From Anolis carolinensis (taxonomy: Eukaryota): a DNA stretch of 64,000 nt. Below the pieces are notes generated by a model. That model was not told the DNA's origin, did not search any database, and worked only from the letters and a program-made list of their open reading frames with translations. Every line of letters begins with the position of its first letter. The first letter of the stretch is position 1. The translations under genes were made by a program, and so were the position numbers. The stretch covers positions 51,633,190 through 51,697,189 of the forward strand of contig NC_085846.1 of NCBI RefSeq assembly GCF_035594765.1, written 5' to 3'. Shown piece by piece: positions 1-12,611 of the stretch.

Positions 1-71
1 ATATACCCTTAGCTGTATGCTTCAACATACATTCACTGTGTGCCTTTTGTGGCCACCACCGCCTCAAGTTA

Positions 72-389
72 CAGTAGAGTCTCACTTATCCAATACTCGC
101 TTATCCAACGTTCTGGATTATTCAACGCATTTTTGTAGTCAATGTTTTCAATATATCGTGATATTTTGATGCTAAATTTGTAAATACAGTAATTACAACA
201 TTACTGCGTATTGAACGGCTTTTTCTGTCAGATTTGTTGTAAAACATGATGTTTTGGTGCTTCATTTGAAAAATCATAACCTAATTTGATGTTTAATAGG
301 CTTTTCCTTAATCCTTCCTTATTATCCAAGATAATCGCTTATCCAAGCTTCTGCCAGCCCGTTTAGCTTAGATAAGTGAGACTCTACTG
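72..389. mobile_element. Tc/mariner (Tigger/pogo-like) MITE
   Basis: Terminal inverted repeats CAGTAGAGTCTCACTTATC...GATAAGTGAGACTCTACTG, flanked by TA on both sides (70-71, 390-391); no ORF. Confidence 0.85.
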
Positions 390-1407
390 TATCTTCAAAC
401 TGTATTACAGGCAGTCTCCAAGTTACGAACAAGATAGGTTCTGTAGGTTTGTTCTTAAGTTGAATTTCTATGTACGTTGGAACAGGTATATATCAAATGT
501 AACTCCAGCTATATATATATATATATATAAATGTTATGTTAGTTTGTCGAGTTAAGAAAAAAACCACTGGAGCAAATGCCACCAAATTTGGCCATAATAC
601 ACCAATATCCAAGGTATGACCTCCACTCAAAAAAACCTAAACAAATAATCAGGAATGAACATAAATCCCCCCCCCCCAAAACCAAGAATAAGTAACAGCG
701 CATGTGCAAAAGCCCCCCCCCCCATGTGACAGAAAGAAAAACTCACCAACCATCTGTAATGAACTGGCCATCCCTGCTGGTGCCATGAGGCCCAGCCATG
801 GAGTCAGGCTGTGGCTCGGACACACACTGTAGAACAGATGCAGTTAGGCCCCACTTTTACTCAATTTGCCCTTAGCAAAGATGGCGACCACCCAGTTGCT
901 TTCCTTCTTCCCCTCTCCATAGGGAAAGGCTCGTGTATGCCCTTAAGCAAGATGGCAGCCGGCTGCCCTTGCCTCTTTGCAGCTGCTGTGGGTGTGCTCC
1001 TGTTAAGGCTTCACCTGAGAAACTCACCCCCTGTCCCTTTTGGGCCAGGCCTCTTCTTCTGGACTTTGATCATCTTGGGCCCTGCATTGGCCAACAGAGC
1101 GATGTTCTTCACCTCAGTGGCCAGGACCATGGTGAGTAGCAGAACTCCCAGTTCCAATTGCCAAGGGAAGACATTTGGGAAGAGATTTCCTGCCGCGCCT
1201 TGCCTAAAACAACCCCCTCTCTCCCACTTTGACCTTTGCAGAACCAAAGTTAGCCTAGCAACTTTGAAGACTGCATCTTAAGACCTCTTTGATGGCTTTG
1301 ATGGAGTTGTCGTTTTCCTAGGCCTGTAGCCTCTTCTGCCCAAGACTGCAGGTAGAATAGAATACAGTCCAAACTTTTCATGTTGGGTGACATGCCAGGG
1401 GCTACAT

Positions 1408-1761
1408 CAGGCAACGGCAAACTTGGGTCCTCCAGGTGTTTTGGACTGAAACTCCCGGGCCCGGGCTGTGGCACAGGCGGGAGAGCACGCCAGCTGCAAT
1501 TAAGTGCAATGAATCACTCTGACCAGGAGGTCATGAGTTTGAGCCCCGCTCGGAGCCTATGTTTGTTTGTCTTTGTTCTATGTTAAAAGGCATTGAATGT
1601 TTGCCTATATGTGTAATGTGATCCGCCCTGAGGGGTGAGAAGGGCGGAATATAAATGCTGTAAATAAATAAATAAATAAACTTCCACAATTCCTAACAAA
1701 CTAGGCTAGGAATTGTGGGAGCTAATGTCCAAAACACCTGGAGGGCCCAAGTTGGCCCATG
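1408..1761. mobile_element. hAT-like fold-back MITE interrupted by a SINE
   Basis: Long inverted arms aacttggg.cctccaggtgttttggac / gtccaaaacacctggagggcccaagtt; CAGGC start. Confidence 0.65.
1457..1680 (+). mobile_element. tRNA-headed SINE with L2-type 3' tail (internally deleted copy)
   Basis: Head ggccgggctgtggc..cagg and tail gatccgccctgag...gagaagggcggaatataaat(aaat)n match the longer copy at 28610-29102. Confidence 0.8.
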
Positions 1762-1807
1762 TTTCCTGTCTGGAATAGTATATGTATGTATACATACACA
1801 CACATAT

Positions 1808-2136
1808 AAAAAGGTAAAGGTTTCCCCTGACGTTAAGTCCAGTCATGTCTGACTCTGGGGGTTGGTGCTCATCTCCATTTCTAAGCCGAAGAGCCGGCGT
1901 TGTCCGTAGACACCTCCAAGGTCATGTGGCTGGCATGACTGCATGGAGCGCCGTTACCTTCCCGCCGGAGCGGTACCTATTGATCTACTCACATTTGCAT
2001 GTTTTCGAACTGCTAGGTTGGCAGGAGCTGGAGCTTACAGTGGGCGCTCAAGCCGCTCTCAGGATTTGAACCTGGGACCTTTCGGTCTGCAAGTTCAGCA
2101 GCTCAGTGCTTTAACACACTTCGCCACCGGGGCTCC
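1808..2136 (-). mobile_element. Sauria SINE
   Basis: Minus-strand head GGAGCCCCGGTGGCGAAGTGTGTTAAAGC and (ACCTTT)n tail; flanking duplication tatacatacacaca..tata; near-identical to three other copies in the window. Confidence 0.92.
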
Positions 2137-2172
2137 TATACATACACACATATAGTATAACATAAATGTATC

Positions 2173-2220
2173 GTATAGAATCATAGAATCATAGAATAGT
2201 AGAGTTGGATGAGACCTCCA
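2173..2220 (-). mobile_element. CR1 3' terminal remnant
   Basis: (ATTCTATG)n CR1 tail plus ccaactcta on the minus strand. Confidence 0.7.
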
Positions 2221-2619
2221 TATAATCTTGACCTGTTAAAGATTGTGAGAATTGAAGTCCAAAACACCTGGAGGGCCCAAAACGGGAATTCCAGACAGGA
2301 AATAATCAGAGCCAGCAAACACCTCCCAATACAGGATTCCCCCAGACAGTAAGCAACCAGACCTTGACGCTTCAAGGCTATTCAATGCTAATCAAGGAGA
2401 TCAATTGCAACATTAACATCTGCCACAAGCAGACAAGAGTTCTTTCTACCACCATGGACATTCCACAGATATATAAACCCCTTTGTTACCCAGCTTGATT
2501 AGTGCTGAATAGCCTGACAGCTTCAAAGCCTGGCTGCTTCACATTACTTTATTTTCCATACCACCAGGCTAAACCACAGCAATGCGTGGCCGGGTACAGC
2601 TAGTGTATATTAGCTTGTG

Positions 2620-3100
2620 TGTGTGTTTCCTATCCAATTTGTCATCGATCCACTTCTTTGGGCTTCATGTAAATCTACCATTTGCCAAAATATACAATCC
2701 CGTGCTTTTCTGTTTCTGGCCAAATATCTTAACCATTGGTTTGCCCCATCGAATACAAGTTCTGCCCAAGGGCCGATTGTGGTCTCTTGGTATCCAGTTC
2801 ATTAGCCAACACGTCCATCGGTTGTCTTTTTTTCATGCTATATGCCCTGTCCATCTCTTGCCTCATAGATTTCATTGACCATGTACCCCACGTACCCAGG
2901 TTCTTTGATGCAGCTTTTTATTGCTGACTTTATCCTTCACCACACATCCTTCTTTCCATTGCTCTCTGAGTCACTGCCAGTTTTTCCTCCTTTAACTTTG
3001 TTGTTGCTCATGTATCGGATGCCTATAATATTGCTGGTAAAACCATAGTGTTGAAGGTATCTGCTCTAACTTTTTAGCACTGTCTGGTTTTGATTAAATG
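2620..3100 (-). mobile_element. RTE-clade LINE 3' fragment (degenerate)
   Basis: Minus-strand translation with stops and shifts gives FNTMVLPAIL..., QRAMERRM, RWTGHIA, DNRWT..L.NWIPRDHNRPLGR..IRW, typical of RTE ORF C-termini. Confidence 0.75.
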
Positions 3101-3106
3101 CCACCA

Positions 3107-3116
3107 TACACACACA

Positions 3117-3187
<71 letters not shown>
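3107..3187. repeat. Compound (CA)n(GA)n microsatellite
   Basis: Directly visible. Confidence 0.98.
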
Positions 3188-3188
<1 letters not shown>

Positions 3189-4676
3189 ATATAGCTTTGA
3201 GTAGCATAAGGAAGGGTTAACACCCTTGTGGTGTTTGTTTTGCTGTCTGTGCTCCTCTTCAGAAGATATAACCTCACTTTCTGTCCCTGTGATAATTAGA
3301 TTTTGAAAAATTTAGCTTGTTGTGGAAACAAGGATTGGTAAGAAAGCTTGAATTGAGACACCTTTTCCCTATGATAACTCTTCCAGGAGTGAATTTCCCT
3401 TCTGAGGGATAGATTTCTCTCATTTCCTATTGTCTCAACCCCATTATTAACTATGTGTCATTTGTAAGATGGATATTTGTAACTCGGGGACTGCCTGTAT
3501 ATGATCATTGTAGAAGGATGGATTCAGTCAAAAAAGCTACAGCCCTGTTTACAAGGCTGTTAATAACAGGGTATCTTGGAGGTCTTTTTCATAGAATTAC
3601 TGTAAGTTAAAGTCAAACTGAGGGCAATTAACAACAAGATGTGTGCTAAAGAAACCTGTATTTAGTTTTTTGGCCAAAGACAAACTGCGGGTTAAAGAAG
3701 GGGAAAGGAGAAAAGAAATAATTAAAATTCGGTGAGCTTTTTGCTCGAAAAATAGGTAGTTAGCTACTACAGTCAGTACTGAGAAAACTTTTCCCTAAGT
3801 CTCTTGCAGTAGCATCTGCTGCAATTCTGTTGTGTTTGTCACTTGTGTGGGCTGAGCATGATGAATTATGTGTTTCCAAAAACTCGAGACTACTGACAAG
3901 AAATCTGGCCTTGGGACATTGTTTATTTCCTATAAAATTCCCTGCTTCGTGTTTGTCAATCAAACATGCACCAACAAATCACCAGACTGAATACTGATGC
4001 ATTACCTAATCTTTCACAGGCCATTTTTGCAGTGTCACTGTCATATGCTAACAAGAATAAGAATACCTTCATCCATATTCATCATGGCTTCACAAGTCCT
4101 AGTCTAAAATCCTGAGATAATAGCTGTCTCTGACATAATATGGACCCCCCACAATAAGGTAGTTGTGGCTAGATTCACAGAAACAATGGAAGAGAATTGG
4201 TTATGTTTGCAGAAGTTATGTGAATGAAGATATTTTCTAGTGACTGACACATTCACTACCTAATAGGTTCATAATCATTATAAACATTGTGAAAGCAGGG
4301 CTGGCAGGGCCAATAGCCAGGAGGAGACAGGCTGCCTCAGGTGACACTTTTCAGTGTAACACATAGAGTGAGCAAGTTCTCCAGTATTAACATTTTATTT
4401 TTGAGGGAAATACTATTTGGATTTTCTGCCTCAGGCATCAAAATATAATGGCTGTATCTGTATGAAAAGCTAGATCCTGTAGAATGCCAAATACTAGTTT
4501 AAGCCCGTAGCATTTGGATACAGCTAGACCTCTAAGGGGGTGAGATAACAGTTAAGAGAGCAAAGGAAGAAAGACCAAGCCTGGGTTCTTTCTTGATTGC
4601 AACTCAGGTTACAGGAGTTGGAGCCTTATCACAAGGGGCAGAAGAAGCATCCAAGGAAGTTGCCTATGCCCTATGT

Positions 4677-5040
4677 CAGTGATGGCCAACCTATGACACG
4701 CCTGTCAGCACTGACACGCCTAGCCATTTTTGCTGACACGCTGCTGCATGCAGATTGATTGGATGACTAATGTCTTTTGTGGCCAAATTTGGTGAGATTT
4801 GGTCCAGTGGTTTTGTTGTTTAATCCATGGGAATTATGCACATTACACACACACACATACACACACATATCATTCTATTATTATTCTATTATTATTGTAG
4901 TATATTATTACTATTATATTATTATTATATTATTCATTATTCATGACTACATTGAAACTACAATAGAGAGAAATCAGCGTGGAAATTGCAAGAGGTACCA
5001 TTGATTGTTGTACATGGAAATAATGGTAGTAAATAGTTGA
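4677..5040 (+). mobile_element. hAT (Charlie-type) non-autonomous element, left end, chimeric interior
   Basis: Starts CAGTGATGGCCAACCTATGACACG with repeated TGACACG subterminal motifs; interior matches other repeats in this window; right TIR not found. Confidence 0.6.
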
Positions 5041-6449
5041 CACTCCATGGGTGAAGTGGGGTGGCAGCATGGTAAGACACTGCTGCTGCCAACATGGAAG
5101 ATGATCTGTGTTCCCTTCAGCAGAGTGGCAACGCTTTGCCACATGGGATGGGAAAGCATTAGGTGGTGGCCGGAGCACGAGGATTGCCCCGCTGCTATCC
5201 TGATGCTGCCCAGATTTGCAAAGGAGGCTGGAGAATCACGACGCTGGACCTCATCCATGAGGTGAGGTCCTGAAACACACAGGACATTACCTCAGTCATG
5301 GAAAGACCCTGAAAAGACACACAAAGCCTCCTCCAGACTAAAAGGTGAAGGCAGAAATATTGCTCCCCACTCTTATTTAATCTCTGAATTAGCTTCAGAA
5401 GCAAAATGGGATTGGGATAGGTGTAATGACAACGGTGTCCAACTTGATAATGTTATATGTCTTTTCAACAATAAGTAGATTGTTAGTTAGGGACAATGGT
5501 CTTTCAGCTGAATGCCAACCTGGGCACATTAGTAAGTGCTATCAGCAATATGAAAAATGCCAATGACTGATGTGAATAATCTTCATGAACACTGCATCCC
5601 CATACTCTGCAGGCAAAGCCTGCCATTAGGAGTCTCACATCTTAGGAGCACTTACATTAATAGCGTGAAAATGTCAAATAGTTATCTTCCAGGTGTGAGC
5701 TAGTATGTCCATGTTATATTATACATTTTGGTATATCCATTTGATGCAGGATACAAATCTAATGATTGTTGATTATGATGCACTTCTGTGGAGAAAAGGC
5801 AGGCTTATTTTTAGGCTACTATATGTCTTAAAACAGTACCACTTTCTGGTATCATTTTATAATTGTCATTGAAGGGCTGTTGATAATATATATAACTATG
5901 AACTATTTCATCTACATGAGCACAAAAAGGCATCACCTATTGGTCTGTCCCATTTTTTTCAGAAGAAGATATTTTTTGCAAGCTTGTTTATAAACTACTT
6001 TTTAATACTTATGGATAATAATTTTGTTTGCCATAGTGTTTACTGGAATTTACCAGAATTTCCACTTTTCTTCATATTGAAGATGAAAATAATTTGAAAA
6101 GAATCTACACTCACCACTTAGGTCAGTTTAGAACCAGTTTGGGAGAAACTGACATGTCTGGAACAGGTTCAAGGTCAAAAAGGTGGTTACATTAATCATA
6201 GAAGGTGACCTCAAACTGATTCCAGAATCCATAGTATTTTTTCCATTTCTAGATGAGATTCAGAACACCCTGGAGGCATACATTAGAAAACAAAAGAGGA
6301 AAATGATAGTCATGAAGTTAATCAATTACCACTCCCAGGGGTCAGTATGTCCCTCTGCTGTCCAGCTATGTCCTCGGGGTGCTTTTCAGCATCCTGCCCA
6401 CCCCTTGATCTGAATTTTATAAAGCGTTCCAGTGCAAGTGGGTTTATAC

Positions 6450-7050
6450 TAGGCTTGTGCATTTCAGCTAAACCTTGATCCATTTCTGCTGGCTGGATAC
6501 TGGTAAACCCTCATGTTTTCGCACGCCTCCAGAAAACAGGTGCGCGGCTGGATAGAGTTTTGGACTGCAGCTGAAAAATATGGTTAGATGCAGCCCATTG
6601 GTGGCAATGGGAGGGGGGCTCCCCAGGCTCCCCTTCACATCATTTTATGCAATTGCATGGTTTGTCCTTATATCTTTCATTAAGATTTGGATTAAGACTT
6701 CAGAGTTAAGATACCATTCTTTCTGCAATCCTTTCCCTTGGTCTGTAGAGGAGACTGGGATTTAATGCTTTGTTAAAGCTGCTTCTACTCTAGAGGAGAC
6801 AGGCAGCAGCACTCTCTCTCTCCCTGCATGCAGCTTTTCATTAAAGCATTTTAAGGAGGCTTTCCACTTCCCACGGGGAATGAAGAGTGATGACCTGGAG
6901 CTATTCTACCCTGGGCTTCCTTTTAAAAACCCTCTCTATTCCCTTGATTTGCACTATAGGCCCTGCCTGTCTTTCACCCCTTCATGCCTTTTTGTTTCAG
7001 GTTTAATGCTTCCTTAAAGCTGTTTCTACTTTCTACTCTAGAGAAGTGGT
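6450..7050. mobile_element. Fragment of TAGGC-terminus hAT-like non-autonomous element
   Basis: Starts TAGGCTTGTGCA as at 21316; internal ccattggtggcaatggga shared with about 33087. Confidence 0.5.
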
Positions 7051-8084
7051 AATTAAATACATTGAAGCCAGGATGCAACTGTGATGCTGAATAGGGGAGG
7101 AGGAACTGTAATTGGCTGCCACATGATCCAATTACAGACGGGAAAATGTGATGGCTGGGCCCTTGCCATGACGGCCACCTGATAGAGCCAAAGAACCCAG
7201 TTTGGCCGAAGTAAAATAGCTAAAATGGATCCATACACAGATCTAGTTTCTACAATGTGCTTTGCATTCTGGGAAGCCAAATTCACTATGCAATGTACTG
7301 CAGTTTGATTGAAGGCTTGCTGAAGTGCGTTACTGGGGCCATTACAGACTCTTCTGTGACTTTGCTTGATGTGCTTTAAACCTTTTAATTTGCACTGCAG
7401 AACACTTTGGTGGTATGCAGTTCGTGACCACCAAAGTTTGAAATTGACTTCAGGCTGTATTAACTGGTCAATGTAGATGTATCCTATGACAATTTAAATA
7501 TGGGATAATTTAGAGCTGAAAGATGTGTCCATCAAAGGTTAATTATTAAAAGTCTGTGTTTTTAACTCTTGCATATTCACCAGGTACTGCTGAATTAGGT
7601 ATGTGGCCTCTCTTTTCCTGAAACCCTCCCCATCTTTAGCAACTACATCGCAGTGAGATACATAGCTTTCTCTATGACTTAGGCAGTACAAATGTGACAC
7701 AGGCGTGATTTTGTCTTAGTTCATTTTTAGAAGAATTATCCCAAATACACAGTGTTCTATATCCAGGCTGGAAAGCACTTGAGGTTTAAAAGTAAAAAGG
7801 ATCTTAATGAAGGGAAAGCAGAAGTAACAGATTTTCCCATCATCTTTTTTTTACTTGCATCAGCTTGAAAACTAAACTGCTTTTATTGTATATGTTCTCT
7901 CCACTCCATATATTTCTGATGGTGGTGTGTAGAAAAAAAGATGGGGAATGAGGGTCAGTCAAAATGATGAGCCAGTTCATCTGAATCAGTTTTACTGAAG
8001 ACAACGAATGATGGAATTCTTAATGTGTGGCATCTTCCCCAAACAGTGATCTGTATTATTTGGCCATTTGTGTTGTTTCCTCTA

Positions 8085-9148
8085 ATAACAACAACAACAA
8101 CTTTATTTTTGTATCCTGCCCCATCTCCCCGGAGGGACTCGGGGTGGCTCACATGGGGAGAAAGCCTGGTACATAATAAAATACAGTATCAATACGTTTT
8201 AAAAAAGAACACATAAAACAAGCATATAAAACAAGCATATAAACAGTAAAACATATAAACAGTAGACAGATCACTGTTAGAGTATTCGATGGGGTCATGC
8301 GTTAAAATATATGTGTGTGCAGTCATTCCAATCTCTGGAGCTGGGCCAATAAGTACAGTAGATAGGGATGGGTGGGAACATTGCAGAGGAATAGCATCCA
8401 GTATGCCTGCTCAATCGAACGCACACTGAAATAACCCGGTTTTCAACTCTTTTCAGAATGTGGCTAGAGTTGAAGCTGATCTAATTTCCCTCAGAAGGGT
8501 GTTCCAGAGCCGGGGGGCCACCGAAAAGAAGGCTCTTTCCCTAGTCCCCACCAGCCGTGTTTCAGACGGTGGCAGGAGCGGGAGAAGGGCCTCCCCGGCA
8601 GATCTCAAGGTTCTTACAGGTTTGTAGTAAGAGATGTGATCACAAAGATAAGCCAGACCCGAATCATTTAGGGCTTTATAGGTAATGACCAGCACCTTGA
8701 ATTGGGCCCGGAAGGTTATCAGCAGCCAGTGGAGTTGTTTCAATAGGAGGGCTGTCAGTTCCCTATAATTTTCTCCCGTTAACAACCTGGCTGTAGACCA
8801 TTGAACCAACTGAAGTTTCTGGGCCGTCTTCAAAGTCAGCCCCATGTAGCGTGTATTGCAGTAATCCAACCTAGAGGTGACTAAGGCATGGACCACTGTG
8901 GCCATGTCAGGCTTCTTGAGGTACGGTCGCAGTTGGTGCACAAGGTTTATTTGTGCAAATGTCCTCCCGGTCACCACCGACACCTGAGCATCAAGTGTCA
9001 GTGCTGAGTCCAGGAGGACACCCAAACTGTGGACTTGCACCTTTAGGGAGAGTGTAACCCCGTCAAGCACAGGTTGCCAACCAATACCCCGATCAACCGC
9101 ACAACTGACCAGGAGGACCTCTGTCTTGTCTGAATTAAGCTTCAGCCA
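8085..9148 (-). mobile_element. L2 LINE, 5'-truncated 3' fragment
   Basis: ORF 8453-9070 is homologous to the C-terminus of the 13200-15230 L2 ORF (VHALVTSRLDYCN, LKQLHWL, AFFSVAPRLWN); L2 3' stem and (TTG)n tail. Confidence 0.92.
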
Positions 9149-9529
9149 TATCTACCCTCACCAATGGCAACCAGTGATATGAAATTGGAGGTAGATCATC
9201 ATAGCTGAATCTGCTTCAGTGAAATGAGAATAAAGTGAGAACTTACAAGGTGTCGGCTTTCAGTAGCCATTTTGTCAAAAAACATGTCTTAGTATTACCT
9301 AGTGATGTAATTTCAAATGATTTCCATATGGAACTCATATCTTGAGAAGCAGCCCTAAATCCCAATGATATGTCTGAATACAATTATCTTGAACTGCAAA
9401 AGCATTGCATACCAGTAAACGCCAATTTTTTTTTTCCGGCTGTAGTCTGGCAGTCAGTCTTTCCTGTCAGCATTCTAGGTATAAGTTTGATTTCCACCTC
9501 ATATTTATCTTCCCTACCTGCTTTGTCTA

Positions 9530-9680
9530 TTTGATGTATGTTCTATTTTGATACGTTCTATGTTGTTTTAACTGTTTGATTTTATGATGTTATGTGATTT
9601 GTATTGGGCTTGTCCCCATGTGAGCTGCTCCGAGTCCCCGTTGGGGAGATGGAGGCGGCATACAAAAATAAAGTTGTTGC

Positions 9681-9735
<55 letters not shown>
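9530..9735 (+). mobile_element. L2 3' tail fragment with (ATT)n microsatellite
   Basis: gtgagctgctccgagtcccc..ggggagatggaggcggcatacaaaaataaa followed by (ATT)n. Confidence 0.8.
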
Positions 9736-9738
<3 letters not shown>

Positions 9739-10499
9739 ATTTTATACCTACTACATAACAACGAAGAACAGCTATTCAGCATGAGTAAACTAAATACAGC
9801 CTCCAAGTGTACACAAAGAAAACAATAACAGAGATTATTATTCTAGTAGCATACTATATTTTACCTTAGTAAAATATACAGCATCTCTAATTTTGTCATG
9901 CCAACACTACTTTGAATTCCATTTGACATGCTCGCATACTGGAGACGGCAGTGATTTTTCAAAATGCTTCTGTAGCATCAACTCAAACACAACATTCAAA
10001 ACCGCTTTAAAACATTACATTGATGACAGTGATGATTTTGCACAAGAATTCACCAAGAAATTCAATCTTTTAATAAGCAGACTTTTAAGAATTTTTCTCT
10101 TTTTCTTTCTTACATTTCCTGCTGTTCTTTTCCAGGTCATTTCAAAGATTGTGTTTGACTTGAACTAACCTCTTCCATTGATCCAAATGATGAAAGCCTT
10201 ATCCTTATGGGAGAGGAAAATCAAGAATGTCTGGGCTCCATTTCTTATCCTAACCAGAAATAAGTTGCACTCATCTCTCAATATCTATGCATAGAATTTT
10301 GCTTAGAAATTACTCCAGTCACATGCTTGCTTGTACTTAAATGTACTTTAATTAAATAAAATAGTTAAGGATTTTCAAACAGACACTGAAAGCAAATGGC
10401 ATTTTATTACATTTTAATAGAAATTTCAGGTTTATTTTCTTCCTCAAAGTTGCTTCTCATGTTATATTTTCATCAATGTCCTCAAATAAAAGAGCAAAG

Positions 10500-10930
10500 T
10501 AATCTTCCTAGTTTGAATTCCTTGCTCTGTGCTCTAGTCTTTAGAGCAGCAAAAAGCAATCTTGCTCCTTTCTCAATATGACATCCTCTATAATGTTTTA
10601 AAAGGGCTATCATGTTCCCTCTCTGCTTTCTCTCTCTCCAAACTAAACAGAAAAAACTTCCTTAGATGAACCTCATAGAATGTAAGTTCCAGACTTTTTA
10701 CTATTTTGGCTACCCTTCTCTGTACATGTTCTAATTTGTTAATATGCTTGAATTGTGGTACCCAGAAATGGACACATTATTCCAGGCACTGTTTGACGAA
10801 AGCAGAATAAAGTGGTAGTATTACTTGCTTCAATTTAAACACTATACACCTATTGATGTAGCCTTGATTCACCTTGGATTTTTCAGCCATTGCATCACAC
10901 TGTTGATTCATGTTCAGCTTACGGTCTTCT
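10500..10930 (-). mobile_element. Old CR1 fragment
   Basis: Minus strand aligns by eye with the CR1 ORF2 3' region at 12410-12900 (aacatgaatcaaca.tgtga, ctggaat...tgtgtcca.ttctggg). Confidence 0.75.
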
Positions 10931-11029
10931 AGGGTTTAGACGAGATGCTTCTCAGGTTTGCAGATAACACCAAATTGGGAGAGATAGCTAATGTTCCAGA
11001 AGACAGGATCACAATTCAAGATGAGCTTA

Positions 11030-12329
11030 AAAACCTGCACCCAGGGGAGGGGACATTTACAGGGCTCTCCCACTCCTCATTTCTGGAGCTATCCTCATCA
11101 AATTTGGTACAGTGGGAGAACACTTTCAACACTCTTAGCTGAACAAATTGCAGAACATTTCCTATATCCTACGATTTTTGGCGAATTTTCATAACTTTTT
11201 ATAATACACTATTTTTTTAATATTTGAAGAAACCTGTTCCTGGTTTGAAAGTCTTATTTCCTGTTCAATTGGGTTTTTATCACTGTGAAATGGACCAGTG
11301 ACCATGCCAAGCAATGCTCTGGCAAGGCAGGCAAAGAAACTTTGAAATCTAGAAATTCCTTTGTTATATTTTTAAGCAAGAAGGGCACTGGAAATCAATG
11401 GTGTCTCTGGCTATGTGATCCCACAAGCCTCAAAGGCAATGCCTTGCCTTCCTTTGGTAATGTACCTGTGAGCAACCTGGCCAATGCCCTGGCAAGGAGT
11501 GCCAAAAACTTTGAAAACTATAAATTCTCTTGATATATTTGTAAGCAAGAAGGACACTGGAAATCAATGGTGTCTCTGGCTATGTGATCCCACAAGCCTG
11601 AAAGGCAATGCCTTCTTAATGAAATAGACTAGTGATTCTGCAAAGGTATGCTATAATCCAGCAAGAACTATTCTTAACAAAATTGAAAGCTAGATAATTT
11701 TTTTTAATAATATGGAAAAAAATAAAAATAACCCTGGAATTCACAGCTCTAAATAGCTGAGCGCTACCCAAAGTTAACACACTCACAAGAGAAGGAACTA
11801 GCAACTAAACCCTAACCCTTTCTCCAAACCCTTCTGTGGGAACAGCCAGACCAGGCCCCTTCACCCTCTCTCTCCCTCCAGACACGAGGCTTGCTTGCTC
11901 TCCGCAGCAACGGAGACCAGACCATTACCCTCTCTGCGCAAAACCCAGCCCAGAATGGCTCACCTGGGCTACACACCGGGCTTGTATGGCAATCTTCCAT
12001 GTGGACACAGAGGACGTTAGCCCCCACCTTTGCGTCCATCGTGGAAGCTTCTGATTGGCTGGGGAGCAGCAGCCATGTTAGGCTGCGCTAAGCTCCCATT
12101 CAAGGTAGGTTGAAAAAACATTTTTTTAATATTTTAAAAAATATATTTAAAAAATTTTGGGGGAAAAAATACCGAAACATTAAGAGACAATTAGAGAATG
12201 GGCCAACGTTGGTTCAAATTACATTGCCGGTTGCGCCATGAGACAACGTCTCGGAATGCGTATCAAAAAGCGAGAACAATCCAAAATAAATCCGATATAA
12301 GATTCAAAACAATTTTTTGGACATGTCTA
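11030..12329. mobile_element. Truncated TAGGC/TAGAC-terminus hAT-like element with internal 169-bp tandem duplication (about 11300-11614)
   Basis: Ends ggacatgtcta (compare gcacatgccta at 22878); shares subterminal blocks with 21316-22878; gtgtctctgg recurs at 11401 and 11570. Confidence 0.55.
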
Positions 12330-12490
12330 ATAAACAGATGCAGGATGGTGATGCCTTGTTAAACAACAGATATGTGAAAAAGATTGTGGTGTCTTCATGG
12401 ACAACATAGAACATGAATCAACAATGTGACACAGCAACTAAAAAGCCAATAGGATTTTGGGCTGCATCAAAAGGAGTATAGTGTCTAGAT

Positions 12491-12611
12491 GTGTGGGTCC
12501 CCAGATGTTTTGGCCTTCAATTTCCAGAAATTCTAACAGCTGGTAAACTGGCTGGGATTTCTGGGAGTTGTAGGCCAAAACACCTGGGGACCCACAGTGT
12601 GAGAACCATTG
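12491..12611. mobile_element. SPIN-type hAT fold-back MITE (left TIR lost)
   Basis: Inverted arms tgtgggtccccag.tgttttggcct / aggccaaaacacctggggacccaca; right end gagaaccattg; flanks gtctagat / ttgtagat. Confidence 0.7.

Larger units (their letters stand above)
509..2603 (+). mobile_element. Non-autonomous Helitron with nested insertions
   Basis: 5' CTATATATA...AAATG start. 3' GC-rich hairpin region (ccacagcaatgcgtggccggg) then CTAG at 2600-2603 followed by T. The subterminal motif aaccactg..caaat..caccaaatttgg is shared with 57105-58100. Confidence 0.7.
408..3497. mobile_element. Tigger-like MITE (second family), split by nested insertions; own sequence about 408-508 and 3190-3497
   Basis: TA|CAGGCAGTC...GACTGCCTG|TA termini. 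Both halves are colinear with the copy at 27211-29832. Confidence 0.8.

Noticed and set aside
811-1281. 156-aa ORF
   Set aside because: Non-ATG start, no domain, lies inside a Helitron; probably chance in GC-rich sequence.
1845-2155. Recurrent MSDSGGWCSSPF ORFs (also at 18099 and 59453)
   Set aside because: Antisense translations of Sauria SINE copies, not a gene family.
5040-5400. GC-richer segment with several short ORFs
   Set aside because: Probably a TE fragment, but no diagnostic motif or termini were recognised.
9582-9828. Poly-Ile/Leu ORFs (also 36535-36843 and the poly-Asp/Met ORFs at 52164-52386)
   Set aside because: Translations of trinucleotide microsatellites.
10100-10168. Polypyrimidine tract + CAG followed by VISKIVFDLN*, like a terminal coding exon
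   Set aside because: No recognisable protein, and no supporting upstream exons on the plus strand.
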